Assembly (NCBI GenBank): GCA_963706325.1
Contig: CAVPLT010000001.1
Span: 384,001 to 448,000, forward strand
Reading direction: 5' to 3'
Length of the DNA stretch: 64,000 nucleotides
Source of the DNA: an uncultured Nitrospiraceae bacterium
GTDB taxonomy: Bacteria; Nitrospirota; Nitrospiria; Nitrospirales; Nitrospiraceae
In this document: positions 1-10,761 of the stretch, in pieces
Numbering within the stretch: position 1 is the first letter of the stretch
Layout: each line of letters opens with the position of its first letter
Translations under genes and position numbers: made by a program
Notes under the pieces: model-generated
Told to the model about the DNA's origin: nothing
What the model saw: only the letters and a program-made list of their open reading frames with translations
Database searches by the model: none

Positions 1-1465
1 TCAGCAGCGCGACGATGAGCATGACCGCAAATGTCAGGAGGTACTGTACATCGGACACGGCGAAGGAATAGTACGGGGGAATGAAAAAGAAATCGAAGGC
101 CGCGACGCTCATGAAGGAGGCCAGAGCCGAGGGGCCACGCCCCCATCTGGTGGCAATGACCACCACTCCGAACAGATACACCATAATGAGGTTGGCCGGA
201 CCGAAGTATGGAGACATGAACCAACTCAAGGCCGTGGAGCTTATGACGACGGCGGAGGCATAGCTGTAGTTCCGGCGCTCGCTGGTCCGTTGAAGTAATC
301 CCGTCATGAGGAATTTACCGGCGCCCGCTTCACCGGTCATCACATAAATGTCGATGTCACCGCTGCCGCGAACAAGATCGTCTACAACCGAACCGAACCA
401 CCACTCCTTCCAGCGCGAGCGTAGCGGTTTCCCAACGATCATCTTGGTGACGTTGCGGCTCCTGGCATAGGCGAGCAATTGGGCGCTCACATCGTCCCCG
501 GTCAAGGTCACCGTCTCTGCGCCCATTCGCTCCGCTAACCGCAGGGTTTCCACGCCTCGGCTCCGCTCGAGATCGGGCAAGCGCAAATGCTTGGATGTCT
601 GCACATAGACGGCGATCCACCTGGCATGAAGCCCGGCGGACATCTTTCTGGCCGCGCGAACCAACATCGGTCCACGGGATTTCAGGTTCACACAGACTAA
701 GATCGTTTCCGCTGCTGGCCAGGTGGCGACGACCGCATGGTCCCGGCGATACACCTCCATTTGTTGATCGACTCGCTCAGCCGTTCGACGCAACGCCATC
801 TCGCGTAGCGCGATCAAATTGCCCTTCCGAAAGAAATGTTTGAGGGCATGTTGCGCCTGCTCCGGCATATAGACCTTGCCGTCCTTGAGCCGCTGCAAAA
901 GATCGTCCGGCGGAAGGTCCACCAATTCCACATCGTCAGCCTGCTCGAGGATTGAATCCGGTATGGTCTCGCTCACGCGGATGCCGGTGATCTGAGCAAC
1001 GGCATCGTTCAGACATTCCAGGTGTTGCACATTAACGGTCGTATAGACGTTGATACCGGCCTGCAGGAGCTCCCGCACATCTTGCCACCGCTTAGGATGT
1101 CTGGAGCCAGGAGCATTCGTATGCGCCAGTTCGTCCATTAAGAGCAGTTGCGGCCGACGCGACAGGGCGGCGTCCAGATCGACATCACGGAGCCGAGCCC
1201 CTCCGTGGACTGCCTCCCGGGAGGGCAGGGCAGGCAAGCCTTGGACCAGGGCTTCCGTTTCGGCTCGCCCATGCGTCTCAACCCAACCGATCATCACATC
1301 GATGCCGTCGCGTTGCTGCTCATGCGCCGCTTGCAACATGGCATAGGTTTTCCCGACCCCTGCAGTCGCGCCGAAAAACACCTTCAGCTTGCCGCGCGCG
1401 TGATCGGCCTCTTCAGCCTGTACGCGCCTCAGCAGAACATCGGGATCGGGGCGTTGATTTTCCAC
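1..1465 (-). CDS. kdpD: Osmosensitive K+ channel sensor histidine kinase KdpD (runs off the window edge)
   Basis: Manual translation from GTG 1465 gives MENQRPDPDVLLRR...GKLKVFFGATAGVGKTYAML (KdpD Walker-A). The same frame gives TM segment AFDFFFIPPYYSFAVSDVQYLLTF near base 1. AGGAG RBS upstream; lies downstream of kdpC. Confidence 0.95.
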   Translation of the reverse strand, partial: MENQRPDPDVLLRRVQAEEADHARGKLKVFFGATAGVGKTYAMLQAAHEQQRDGIDVMIGWVETHGRAETEALVQGLPALPSREAVHGGARLRDVDLDAALSRRPQLLLMDELAHTNAPGSRHPKRWQDVRELLQAGINVYTTVNVQHLECLNDAVAQITGIRVSETIPDSILEQADDVELVDLPPDDLLQRLKDGKVYMPEQAQHALKHFFRKGNLIALREMALRRTAERVDQQMEVYRRDHAVVATWPAAETILVCVNLKSRGPMLVRAARKMSAGLHARWIAVYVQTSKHLRLPDLERSRGVETLRLAERMGAETVTLTGDDVSAQLLAYARSRNVTKMIVGKPLRSRWKEWWFGSVVDDLVRGSGDIDIYVMTGEAGAGKFLMTGLLQRTSERRNYSYASAVVISSTALSWFMSPYFGPANLIMVYLFGVVVIATRWGRGPSALASFMSVAAFDFFFIPPYYSFAVSDVQYLLTFAVMLIVALL

Positions 1466-1551
1466 CGCACTCCTGAGAAAAGAAATCTGATGATAGAAAC
1501 GCGATGACGTCAAATCGGCCGAGCGGATTCTAGAAGACAGACCGGAAGGCG

Positions 1552-2133
1552 TCAACGAGGCCCGCCGGACGCGTCCAATGCGAGGTTCAACGCCAGCACA
1601 TTGACCCGGCGTTCTCCGAGCATCCCCAGCTGACGTCCTTCCGTATGCTGGAAGAGCAGTGTCCGCACGACTGCTTCCTCTTTCCCTCGCGCACGCGCGA
1701 CACGACGCACTTGGTATTCGGCCGCAGCGGGGCTGATGTGCGGGTCGAGACCGCTCCCTGAGGCGGTCACCAGATCAACCGGAACCGGTGTGTCATTGCC
1801 GGGATCCGCGGCTTTCAAGGCAGCCACCCTCATTTTGACTGACTCTATCAGCGCGGGATTGGTGGGCCCGAGATTCGAACCGGAAGAGGCGGCCGCATTG
1901 TAGGGGAACGGAGCAGTCGCGGAAGGGCGTCCCCAGAAATACTTGGGATCATCGAAGGGTTGGCCGATCAGCGTGGAACCGATCGGCTTGCCGTCTTTAT
2001 AGATCAGACTCCCATTGGCCTGATGGGGGAACAGCAGCTGAGCGATCCCTGTCACGGCCAGCGGGTACGCCACGCCGGTCAGGATCGTCAAAATGAAAAA
2101 CACCATCAGCGCGGATCGAAGTTGAGCGGCCAT
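1552..2133 (-). CDS. kdpC: K+-transporting ATPase subunit C
   Basis: Motifs GSNLGPTNP and [17 protein letters not shown]-terminal TM helix, operon context. Confidence 0.97.
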   Translation of the reverse strand: MAAQLRSALMVFFILTILTGVAYPLAVTGIAQLLFPHQANGSLIYKDGKPIGSTLIGQPFDDPKYFWGRPSATAPFPYNAAASSGSNLGPTNPALIESVKMRVAALKAADPGNDTPVPVDLVTASGSGLDPHISPAAAEYQVRRVARARGKEEAVVRTLLFQHTEGRQLGMLGERRVNVLALNLALDASGGPR

Positions 2134-2143
2134 TGTGATCTCC

Positions 2144-4258
2144 TCAGACCAATCCCAGAGCGACCAGGACCAGGTCTATCAGCTTAATTCCAATGAAAGG
2201 GACAATGATCCCTCCCAGTCCGTACACCAGAACATTGTGGCGCAGCAGCAAGGAGGCTTCGATCGGCCGGAACTTGACCCCTCGAAGCGCGAGCGGAATC
2301 AGCGCGATGATGATCAGCGCATTGAAAATCACGGCCGACAACACAGCGCTTTCCGGCGTCGCCAGTCCCATGACATTCAACGCACCCAGGGCCGGATAGG
2401 TCGTGGCAAACGCGGCCGGAATGATCGCAAAATACTTCGCGACATCGTTGGCGATACTGAAGGTGGTGAGCGCGCCGCGCGTCATGAGGAGCTGCTTGCC
2501 GATTTCGACGATCTCGATCAACTTGGTGGGATTGGAATCCAGATCGACGAGATTGCCCGCTTCTTTGGCGGCCTGGGTGCCGGTATTCATGGCCACGGCC
2601 ACATCGGCCTGCGCCAGTGCCGGCGCGTCATTGGTGCCGTCGCCCGTCATCGCCACGAGGCGGCCTCCTGCCTGAAGATCACGGATGAGTTTCAATTTGG
2701 CTTCGGGTGTGGCCTGCGCGAGAAAATCATCCACGCCGGCCTCGGCGGCGATCGCGGCCGCCGTTTTCTGGTTGTCGCCGGTGATCATCATCGTTTTGAT
2801 GCCCATGCGGCGCAACTCGGCAAACCGTTCCTTGATGCCTCCCTTGACCACGTCCTTCAAATGAATCACGCCGAGCACCGACTTGCCTTCGGCCACGACC
2901 AAGGGCGTGCCGCCTTGCATGGCAATCGTCTCGACCGCATTGCGTACGGCCGGAGGAAACGACCCGCCTTGTTGGGTCACGTAGTCTTCGATGGCTTCCG
3001 CCGCGCCCTTCCTGATCTGTCGACCGTCGAAGTCGACGCCGCTCATTTTCGTGTGCGCTGTGAACGGCAGGAAGGTGGCGCCCATCGCATGGATGTCGCG
3101 CCCTCTGAGTCCATAGCGCTCCTTCGCCAGAATGACGATGCTGCGGCCTTCAGGCGTCTCATCCGCAAGGGAGGCCAGCTGGGCCGCATCGGCGACAGAC
3201 GTTTCCTGCACTCCCTCGGCGGGAATAAATGCCGTGGCCTGCCGGTTGCCCAGCGTAATCGTGCCTGTTTTGTCGAGGAGCAGCACGTCCACATCACCCG
3301 CCGCTTCGACGGCTTTCCCCGACATGGCGATCACGTTCGCCTGGACCATGCGGTCCATGCCCGCGATGCCGATGGCGGATAAGAGCGCGCCGATCGTCGT
3401 CGGTATGAGGCAGACCAGCAGGGCCACCAGGACCGTCACCGTAATCGGGCGCCCCCTGCCCCGTCGCATGCACGGAGTACAGAGAAAAGGGCAGCAAGGT
3501 CACGGTCGCCAGCAAAAAGACGACGGTGAGGGCCGCCAACAGAATATTGAGCGCGATTTCATTCGGCGTCTTCTGGCGCTTGGCGCCCTCGACCATGGCG
3601 ATCATGCGGTCGAGGAAGGTTTCACCGGCGCTGGCGGTGATCCGCACCACGAGCCAATCGGACAGCACACGCGTGCCGCCGGTCACGGCGCTCCGGTCAC
3701 CGGACTCCCGAATCACCGGCGCGCTCTCGCCCGTAATCGCGCTTTCGTTGACGGACGCGATCCCTTCGATCACATCCCCATCGCTGGGAATGTAATCGCC
3801 GGCCTCGACCAGCACGATGTCGCCTTTCTTGAGCAGACTGGCCGGAACCAGAGAATAGACCTCGCCGGGCATGCCGATGGCGGCGAGGCGCCGCCAGATA
3901 GTCTCCTCCGGAGGTCGGCTTTCCCGAATCGCTTGGCGGTCAATTCCGTCCGCGCTCTCCGGAGAGAATCGGCCTGGGCCTTGCCTCGTCCTTCGGCGAT
4001 CGCTTCGGAAAAGTTCGCAAAGAGCACGGTGAACCAGAGCCACAGCGAGATGGCGAGGATGAACCAGGTCGGCGCTTCGCCTGTCCCGAACAACGCCTGG
4101 AGGAACAGGAGCGACGTGAAGATGCTCCCCACGAAGACCACGAACATGACCGGATTGCGGACCTGGATGCGAGGATCGAGCTTTCGCAACGCATCCAGCA
4201 TGGCCTGTCGAACAAGCGGCGGATCGAAGAGCGGTCTGGCTCTCGTCGATGTCGTCAT
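2144..4258 (-). CDS. kdpB: K+-transporting P-type ATPase subunit B, split over three ORFs by frameshifts near 3900 and 3455 (probably sequencing errors)
   Basis: [24 protein letters not shown] phosphorylation motif and [15 protein letters not shown] lie in successive ORFs 3770-4258, 3294-4043 and 2144-3469. Confidence 0.93.
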
Positions 4259-4297
4259 GTGAATCCCTCTATTCGTTCAGACTATAGAAACATTCAC

Positions 4298-4421
4298 ACA
4301 GGATGCCCAAAATGGCCGTCCAGCAAGGCCGCAGCACGCGAAGAGGCGACACGTACGAACCGGTACGTAGAGCCCCTCAGAAAAGCGAGAACGCCGCTGG
4401 CGGACTTTTTCGGCATTCTGT
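4298..4421. repeat. Intergenic palindromic element (REP/MITE-like), copy 1
   Basis: Imperfect terminal inverted repeats ACAGGATGCCCAAAATGGCCGTCCAGC ... GCTGGCGGACTTTTTCGGCATTCTGT. Homologous to 52323-52514 and 33663-33737. Confidence 0.8.
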
Positions 4422-4424
4422 AGG

Positions 4425-6231
4425 CTACCGACCGACCATCAGCAAATGTTCCACTATCGGCCCCAACGCCAGAGCCGGAACGAAGGTCAAAGCGCCGACC
4501 ATGATGACGACCCCGACTAAGAGCCCCACAAAGAGCGGCGTATGAGTCGGGAGCGTTCCCGATCCCGGCGGCACCATCTTCTTGCGTGCCAGCGAGCCGG
4601 CGAGCGCCAACGTCGGAATCGCCAACCAGAATCTGGAGACCAGCATCGCCAGAGCACCGGTCAAGTTGTAGAACGGCGTATTGGCGTTCAATCCCCCGAA
4701 GGCGCTGCCGTTGTTGTTACCCTGGGAGGTATAGGCATAGAGAATTTCGCTGAAGCCATGCGCGCCAGGATTGAGAATGGAGCGACGTGCCGGACTCAGT
4801 CACGACCGCCACTGCCGTGAACCCCAGGACGATGATCGGCATGACGAGGATCAACAGCGCGGCCATCTTCATTTCATAGGTCTCGATCTTTTTCCCCAGG
4901 TATTCCGGGGTCCGGCCTACCATCAGGCCGGCGATGAACACCGCGATGATGGCGAAGACCAGCATGCCGTAGAGGCCGGACCCGACCCCGCCCAGAATCA
5001 CCTCGCCGAATTGCATCATGAACAGCGGCACCAATCCCCCGAGTGGCGTGAATGAATCGTGCATGGAATTCACCGCCCCGGTGGATGTGGCCGTCGTCGC
5101 GGTGGCAAAGAGCGCCGAACGGGCGACCCCGAACCGAACTTCCTTGCCTTCCATGTTGCCGCCCGGCTGCGCCATCCCGGCGGTCTGCTCGACACCCAAT
5201 GCAGTCAGGCGTGGGTTTCCTGCGGACTCCGCCCAATAGGCTCCCAGAACGAAGAAGATCAATACGCTCAGCATCGCAGCGAGGATGGCCCACCCTTGCC
5301 TGCGGTCGCCGACCATCTTCCCGAATGTGTAGGTCAGGGAAGCGGCGATCAAGGTTTCAGCCAGAATCAGAATAAAATCGGTCAACGGCGTCGGGCTTTC
5401 ATAGGGATGGGCCGCATTGGCATTAAAAAATCCGCCACCATTGGTCCCCAGGTGCTTGATGGCCACTTGTGACGCAGCCGGACCGACGGCCAAGACTTGC
5501 TCAGTCCCAGTTGTCGATTCAGTCTTGGCGACGCTCTTCTCGTCCAAAACCGGCTGCCCTACGGCATCGACCACCGGCTTGTCATAGGTCACGGGCTGAA
5601 GGAGAGTCGTTTGGTGATACGACCCGAAGGTCTGGACCGTACCTTGCGAGACGAGAACCAACGCGAGACCGGCTGACAGGGGCAGTAAGATGTACAGCGT
5701 GCTGCGGGTCAGATCGACCCAGAAATTGCCGATGGTCCCGACAGTCCGGCCCGTGAGGCCACGGATGAGCGCCACCAGAATGGCCATGCCCGTCGCGGCA
5801 GAGACGAAGTTCTGGACCGTCAGGCCGACCATTTGGGTGAGGTAACTGAGTGTCGACTCACCGGCATAGGCCTGCCAGTTCGTATTGGTGATGAAGCTGG
5901 CGGCCGTGTTGAACGCGAGGTCGGGCGCCACCGCCCCGAAAGCAGCCGGGTTGAGCGGCAGAAATCCCTGCAGTCGCTGCAATGCATAGAGTACGACCAA
6001 CCCCGTGACATTGAACAACAGCATGGCCACCGCATAGGTTTTCCAGTTCATCTCTTCGGTTTCGCGCACGCCGCAGACGCGATAGATCAGGCGTTCAAGC
6101 GGCCCCACCACCCAGTCTATTCCGCAGGCCTGCCTCGTGTAGACACGCGACATGTACCAACCCAGCGGCTTGACCAACGCCACCAGAACGAGAAAGAACA
6201 GTCCGATTTGCGCCAACCCATTGATAACCAT
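4425..6231 (-). CDS. kdpA: K+-transporting ATPase subunit A (one frameshift near 4780)
   Basis: [22 protein letters not shown] and [10 protein letters not shown] motifs. The C-terminus (NNNGSAFGG...LALGPIVEH) continues in ORF 4425-4691. ATG 6231 overlaps the kdpF stop. Confidence 0.95.
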
Positions 6232-6320
6232 CAGAACCACTCCGCTTTCAGCAGCGCGATCATGAGGTACACCAACAACCCCAGTGACAACACTGCGCCG
6301 AGCACGTACATCGCATTCAT
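6231..6320 (-). CDS. kdpF: K+-transporting ATPase subunit F, 29 aa ([29 protein letters not shown])
   Basis: Manual translation shows a hydrophobic peptide with the KdpF-type YL..AL...E.F ending, and its stop overlaps the kdpA start. Confidence 0.9.
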   Translation of the reverse strand: MNAMYVLGAVLSLGLLVYLMIALLKAEWF

Positions 6321-6332
6321 GACCACACCCCC

Positions 6333-6413
6333 TTAGAGGCGATCCAGCGCCGAGATAAGCCAGCCGGACAGCAGAAAAAATCCCGCGACGACCGTCAGAT
6401 ACATGAGATCCAT
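6333..6413 (-). CDS. 26-aa hydrophobic micropeptide preceding kdpF ([26 protein letters not shown])
   Basis: AAGGAG RBS, ATG 6413, TAA 6333, one TM helix, first cistron after the KdpE-like box. Confidence 0.7.
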   Translation of the reverse strand: MDLMYLTVVAGFFLLSGWLISALDRL

Positions 6414-6540
6414 GTGAATGCTCCTTGCCGGGACGTAGAATGTAGTGTGGCGCGCCTCGCCCGAAGTGGCTGTCGGTACCCGTGTCGACCGTCCCACACC
6501 CTCTTCACGCCCCTCAATCCATGCTCAAGGTAACGCACAG

Positions 6541-6562
6541 AAAGTAAAAACAGTGTAAAAAC
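6541..6562 (-). promoter_or_regulatory. Putative KdpE-binding box upstream of kdpFABC
   Basis: Minus strand GTTTTTACACTGTTTTTACTTT: TTTA(C/T) direct repeats 11 bp apart, like the E. coli KdpE site. Confidence 0.65.
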
Positions 6563-6568
6563 TGCCCC

Positions 6569-7737
6569 CTATGGAGAATCCAGTGTCCAGATTAGACCGA
6601 AGATAAGCAGGTGTTATGCCGGTGTCCGGCCGATCACGCCGTGCGCTATCTCGTTGCCCTCAAGGAAGCCTCCGCCCGCTCCAGTGGATTCGTCATAGCG
6701 ATATTCAAGACGCATGATCATGTTGGTCATTTGTAGGGCACCTTGTATTCGGCCGTCGTCGTGACAGCCTTGACCAACTGTTCCGTACCGGTCATGAGAC
6801 CGTTCCGATCCCAGTAAAACTCCGGCCTCACCGCGACAGCCCAAGGCCCACCGATATGCCAGCGCACGGGAAAGGCTGCCCCCATGTAAAAACTGCCGAG
6901 GATTGCCGGGGGCCGAGGCATTCTTCTGCGTCCAATTTGATAATCGCCTGCAATAGTCACATCGTCGTTCACCTTCCATTCCACGATGGAGTCCGAGAAG
7001 GACCGCCATAACTCCAGTGAGGTGTTCGATTGATCGGGGCCGTAATAGACCGTCTCCTTAAAGGTCCAGGAGCCGCTGGGTTTATACGCCACCTGCGCGC
7101 CATAACTCGGAAGACTGTTTGAGTTTTGCAGACGGAAATACTCATTGACCACGAACATCAGATAGGGAGAGTAATCGGCGATCCAGGCGCGCGCGTAGTT
7201 AGCACTGTCCTTAGCATAGAGTGATTCGTAGCCGATCAAACTTTGAACAGCCCCGCTTGAACGGTCAGGCCGTTCCCGACCGGGGCAAGATAGGACACGT
7301 TCGCGCGACCGAAGTGCCGCAAGGCATCGGAGCCTTGCATCTTGGGCAAACTGGCACCGAACCCGTAATCCTTGGCGTCCATTCCGCCCTGAACCAGCCA
7401 CTCCGTCCCCCAGCGTGACTGCTCCGACGGGTCTTTCCTGACATAGGCGCCAGCCATGTTGATGTCGAGTTCATTGACTCTGGGAGTCGGCCCACGACTG
7501 CGAAACAAATGGTTCTCGGGGAAATTGAAGTTGAGCGAATAGCCCAAGTCGACGAATCTCCCCATAGTGCCACGGCGGCTGATCGGTCTTCCCTGACTCC
7601 ACAGATTCAGACGGCGCACTATTTCGCGACTGAGTATCCCCAGTGGGACCGATGAGGTCTTGACCAAGCACCGGAGTCGTCATCATCCCCACCGCGAGTA
7701 ACAGTCCCCTACTGATCCACCACACTATCGGCGTCAT
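6569..7737 (-). CDS. Outer-membrane beta-barrel protein/porin (DUF1597/bbp2-like), several frameshifts
   Basis: Signal peptide MTPIVWWISRGLLLAVG..., then aromatic beta-strand segments (FVDLGYSLNFNFPENH, IGYESLYAKD..NY.R.WIADYSPY, RPEFYWD, RLEYRYD, LLIFGLIW) spread over ORFs 7471-7926, 7236-7667, 6727-7401 and 6614-7009. Confidence 0.75.
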
Positions 7738-7774
7738 GATTGCTGCCCTTCCTTCCTCTGCACTTTCGTCTGCA

Positions 7775-7936
7775 TTACGCGGCCCTTGATCCGCAATGCG
7801 CTGGCGCCATGCCCGGCTGCTTTGCCTCTCGCAAACTCTTCTTATTGGTTCGGTGATCCGCCTGCATGATGGCAATGACCAGAATCCACGGCAGCCCGGC
7901 CATCCCCAACAGCAAGCCCAGTACAACCAACATCAT
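7775..7936 (-). CDS. Small membrane protein, 53 aa (MMLVVLGLLLGMAGLPWILVIAIMQAD...)
   Basis: GAAGGAG RBS before ATG 7936, hydrophobic N-terminus, upstream of the porin. Confidence 0.55.
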   Translation of the reverse strand: MMLVVLGLLLGMAGLPWILVIAIMQADHRTNKKSLREAKQPGMAPAHCGSRAA

Positions 7937-8052
7937 CGATGACTCCTTCGCTCTTGAGTTGCCCTGTATATGCAGTCCCCAAGTCCAGGATGTTTCGTAT
8001 GATGGAAGCCTACCAATCGCCATGTCAGAACGGTGTTAAACAAGGCCCGCAC

Positions 8053-8074
8053 GCGTAAAGACGGTATAAAAATG
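8053..8074 (-). promoter_or_regulatory. Second putative KdpE-binding box, upstream of the small protein/porin unit
   Basis: Minus strand CATTTTTATACCGTCTTTACGC closely resembles the E. coli kdpFABC site CATTTTTATACTTTTTTTACAC. Confidence 0.7.
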
Positions 8075-8423
8075 ACGGCAGGAGATCAGAGGTGAACGAG
8101 GAAATCACTTTCCTATGAAAGCAATCCTTGGTAGCCGGTTACCTATGTGCAGGATAGCGTCGCAGGACAGACAATGTGGCACGACCTTCCACAGAAAGCC
8201 GTGAGGCAGCTTCGTACAATCGCATGGGAAAGAATTGTGGAGGATGGCCTGTGCGCATCCCCAGCACACACCAGAGATGGAGCATGACGTGCTTGTAAGC
8301 GGCAACCGGCTGACCACCGCAGAAGGCTCGCAACTGCAAGGCGTGCCACAACGGGGATCTCACCATCTTGCTTTTCAACTGCTTTCGCCCTAGCTTAGGG
8401 GTCCACGAACTTCATTGAGGCGC

Positions 8424-10094
8424 ATGCCGGATACCTCCCTCTCTCAGGCCGACCAGACAGTCCGACACTTCAGGCAGATTCTGCTCTGGCCACTGCAGCT
8501 CATGCCGATCCGGGAAGGCACACACATCCAGAAGCATTGGGAACGCTTGGAAACGCCTGGAGCCGATCATCCCTGGCGTGAGGTTTTGGATGAGTTCACG
8601 GGCGACCCGGCCTTTTTCCAGGAGCGGCACTACAGCGAATTCGTCACATTTCTGCCGTACGTGCAGCGATTCCTCTATGGCGAAGGGAAGGGCAACAGCC
8701 CTGAGATCGTTCAAGCGTCATCCTTCCGCGTGTTCCGGCGCGGCGATGTCGCCAAGGTGCGGATCACCTACCCTGAAGCACTTGCGGCACCGGTCACCTT
8801 TGAGGTGGCGCATGTAGACTTGTATTTTTTCTACGACATCGATGTGGTGATTCTGACGATCGAGGTGTATGCCGATGACGTGCCTCTTGCACGGGCACAA
8901 GACACGCTCTTTCGTTTCGGCCGCGGCTATCCGACCTATTGGGAACCGGAAGGGCGAGGAGGCCATTGCCCGAAGTACGTAGAATGGCTCTCGACTGACG
9001 GCACAGTCTTGGCGGTGTCCGACTACGAAAAACGGGAGAAATATCTTTCGTTCGTCTGTCGGTACCGGGCTCAGTGCTTCGCCTCGCATTGGGAGTGGCT
9101 GTTAGAGCCGCTCGTGCTTCACCACTCAGAGAAGCAGGGCCTGATTCGCTATCGGCAGATCGAATCCCATCTCCTGCCACAGATGGCCTATCTGGTAGTG
9201 GACGATCCGGGGGCGTTGACTCGCGCCGAGTTTGTGCGCCTAGGACTAGCAGCATCGCCCGGAACCCCGGACTCGCTGCCTTATTCGGAGCGCCACTTGA
9301 GGGATTTCGAGGAACGTTATTGTTACGACCGTTATTGGAACGGACAGGATCGAGATCGTCCCGGCACTCGATTCATGTGTAACGGACGCACATTTACGAT
9401 GGTGAGTGACTGTAGTCCCCGCGTATTCGTCGACCGCAAGACCGACCTGGAGCAATTCCGGCATGAATACTTTCTGCTGTTCCTCATGCCGCATTTTCAT
9501 CGGGCGGCACTACTCATGTTGGAAGATCGCCTGGTCGATGCGATGAACCGGCTGGATATCAGCAACCCACAGTCCGTGCGGCAATTCAGGCGGGTCATTC
9601 GCCAAGCGTTGGGCGTCTTCCTTCGATTCACTCAGCGCTATTGGTTCCATGAAGTGTCGGACCATACACAAGCCAAAGAACTGTTTCATATGATCAGTGA
9701 ACATTTAGGTACTGCGAGGCTGTATGCCGAGGTACGAACGGCCATCGAGGATATGAATCAGTTCCTCGATAGCGATGCGTTGCGTCGGCAGGGGGAGACA
9801 ATGGTGCGTCTGACCGTGGTGACCACCTTCGGATTGATCGGCGTGACGACGATGAGCTTCCTGGGAATGAATCTCCTCGCAGCGGCTGAGAGCTCCCTGC
9901 TGACGAAGGTGGCGTACTTTCTCCTTGTCCTCATTCCGAGCACGGCCATCACCCTCTATACAGTCCTGAAGTCCAGGCGTCTAGCTGATTGGCTGGAAAT
10001 ACTGGCCGACGAGCGGCAACCGTCAAGAGGTAAGTTCGCGGCGTTTGTGAACGTCTGGAAAACAGAACGTGGTCAGAGTACGAATCCACATTAA
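8424..10094 (+). CDS. CorA-family-like divalent cation transporter with a large N-terminal soluble domain
   Basis: Two C-terminal TM helices with the FLGMN signature, preceded by a long helical stalk. About 556 aa; likely start ATG 8424. Confidence 0.7.
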   Translation: MPDTSLSQADQTVRHFRQILLWPLQLMPIREGTHIQKHWERLETPGADHPWREVLDEFTGDPAFFQERHYSEFVTFLPYVQRFLYGEGKGNSPEIVQASSFRVFRRGDVAKVRITYPEALAAPVTFEVAHVDLYFFYDIDVVILTIEVYADDVPLARAQDTLFRFGRGYPTYWEPEGRGGHCPKYVEWLSTDGTVLAVSDYEKREKYLSFVCRYRAQCFASHWEWLLEPLVLHHSEKQGLIRYRQIESHLLPQMAYLVVDDPGALTRAEFVRLGLAASPGTPDSLPYSERHLRDFEERYCYDRYWNGQDRDRPGTRFMCNGRTFTMVSDCSPRVFVDRKTDLEQFRHEYFLLFLMPHFHRAALLMLEDRLVDAMNRLDISNPQSVRQFRRVIRQALGVFLRFTQRYWFHEVSDHTQAKELFHMISEHLGTARLYAEVRTAIEDMNQFLDSDALRRQGETMVRLTVVTTFGLIGVTTMSFLGMNLLAAAESSLLTKVAYFLLVLIPSTAITLYTVLKSRRLADWLEILADERQPSRGKFAAFVNVWKTERGQSTNPH

Positions 10095-10187
10095 ATATGG
10101 CTACCCATGGCGCATCAATATTTCTCACACCCCGTCTTCTGCCTGTCAGCTTGCATTTTCAGAGCTACTTCTGACCCTAAAAAATTG

Positions 10188-10709
10188 CTACGTATCCGGC
10201 GCAAGGTAGTCTTTTCGAAGCTCCTCTAGCACCGCGAGGATTTCGGCTGGACGCGGAGGACAACCAGGAATACGCACATCGACGGGAATATGCCGGTCCA
10301 CCGGTCCCGTCACCGCATAACTTCCCTTGAACATGCCGCAGTGAATGGCGCAGTCTCCCAATGCGATAACGATCTTAGGATCAGCCGTCGCCCTGTACAC
10401 GTCTTTCAACGGCCGTTCCATGTTAACCGTCACAGGGCCGGTAACGACCAGCGCATCAGCATGGCGGGGCGATGCGGCAATATGGACTCCGAACCGCTCC
10501 ACGTCATAGACGGGATTGGCGAGCGCATTCATTTCCATCTCGCACGCATTACACGAACCCGTATCGACTTCACGGATCGTCAGCGAGCGCCTGAAGGGCT
10601 TGGCCTTTTCGATCGCCTCCCGGCTGACCGACTCGCGAGGCGCGCTCCCGTCCGGATGTCGTCCCGTGACGACGCCCGTCTTGAGACTTTTTTTGATGAT
10701 TCGAAACAT
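10188..10709 (-). CDS. hyfI: Hydrogenase-4/Ehr small Fe-S subunit (NuoB/HyfI-like)
   Basis: GSCNACE, SPRHAD, GDCA and IPGCPP motifs. Confidence 0.88.
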   Translation of the reverse strand: MFRIIKKSLKTGVVTGRHPDGSAPRESVSREAIEKAKPFRRSLTIREVDTGSCNACEMEMNALANPVYDVERFGVHIAASPRHADALVVTGPVTVNMERPLKDVYRATADPKIVIALGDCAIHCGMFKGSYAVTGPVDRHIPVDVRIPGCPPRPAEILAVLEELRKDYLAPDT

Positions 10710-10761
10710 GACTCCTCCGTCGAAAGCGTTATCAGCGAGTCAGTAATGAACTCGACCATTG

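Noticed and set aside
2135..4262. Long plus-strand ORFs (415 aa and 376 aa) opposite kdpB, and similar shadow ORFs elsewhere
   Set aside because: Antisense shadows of high-GC coding sequence with no recognisable motifs.
6414..6540. c-di-AMP (ydaO) or other riboswitch upstream of kdp
   Set aside because: I could not find the conserved ydaO sequence elements here or at 8075-8400. An Rfam scan would settle it.
2144..7737. Pseudogenisation or programmed frameshifting in kdpA, kdpB and the porin
   Set aside because: Motifs are intact and similar indels hit unrelated genes, so sequencing error is more parsimonious. I saw no consistent slippery site.
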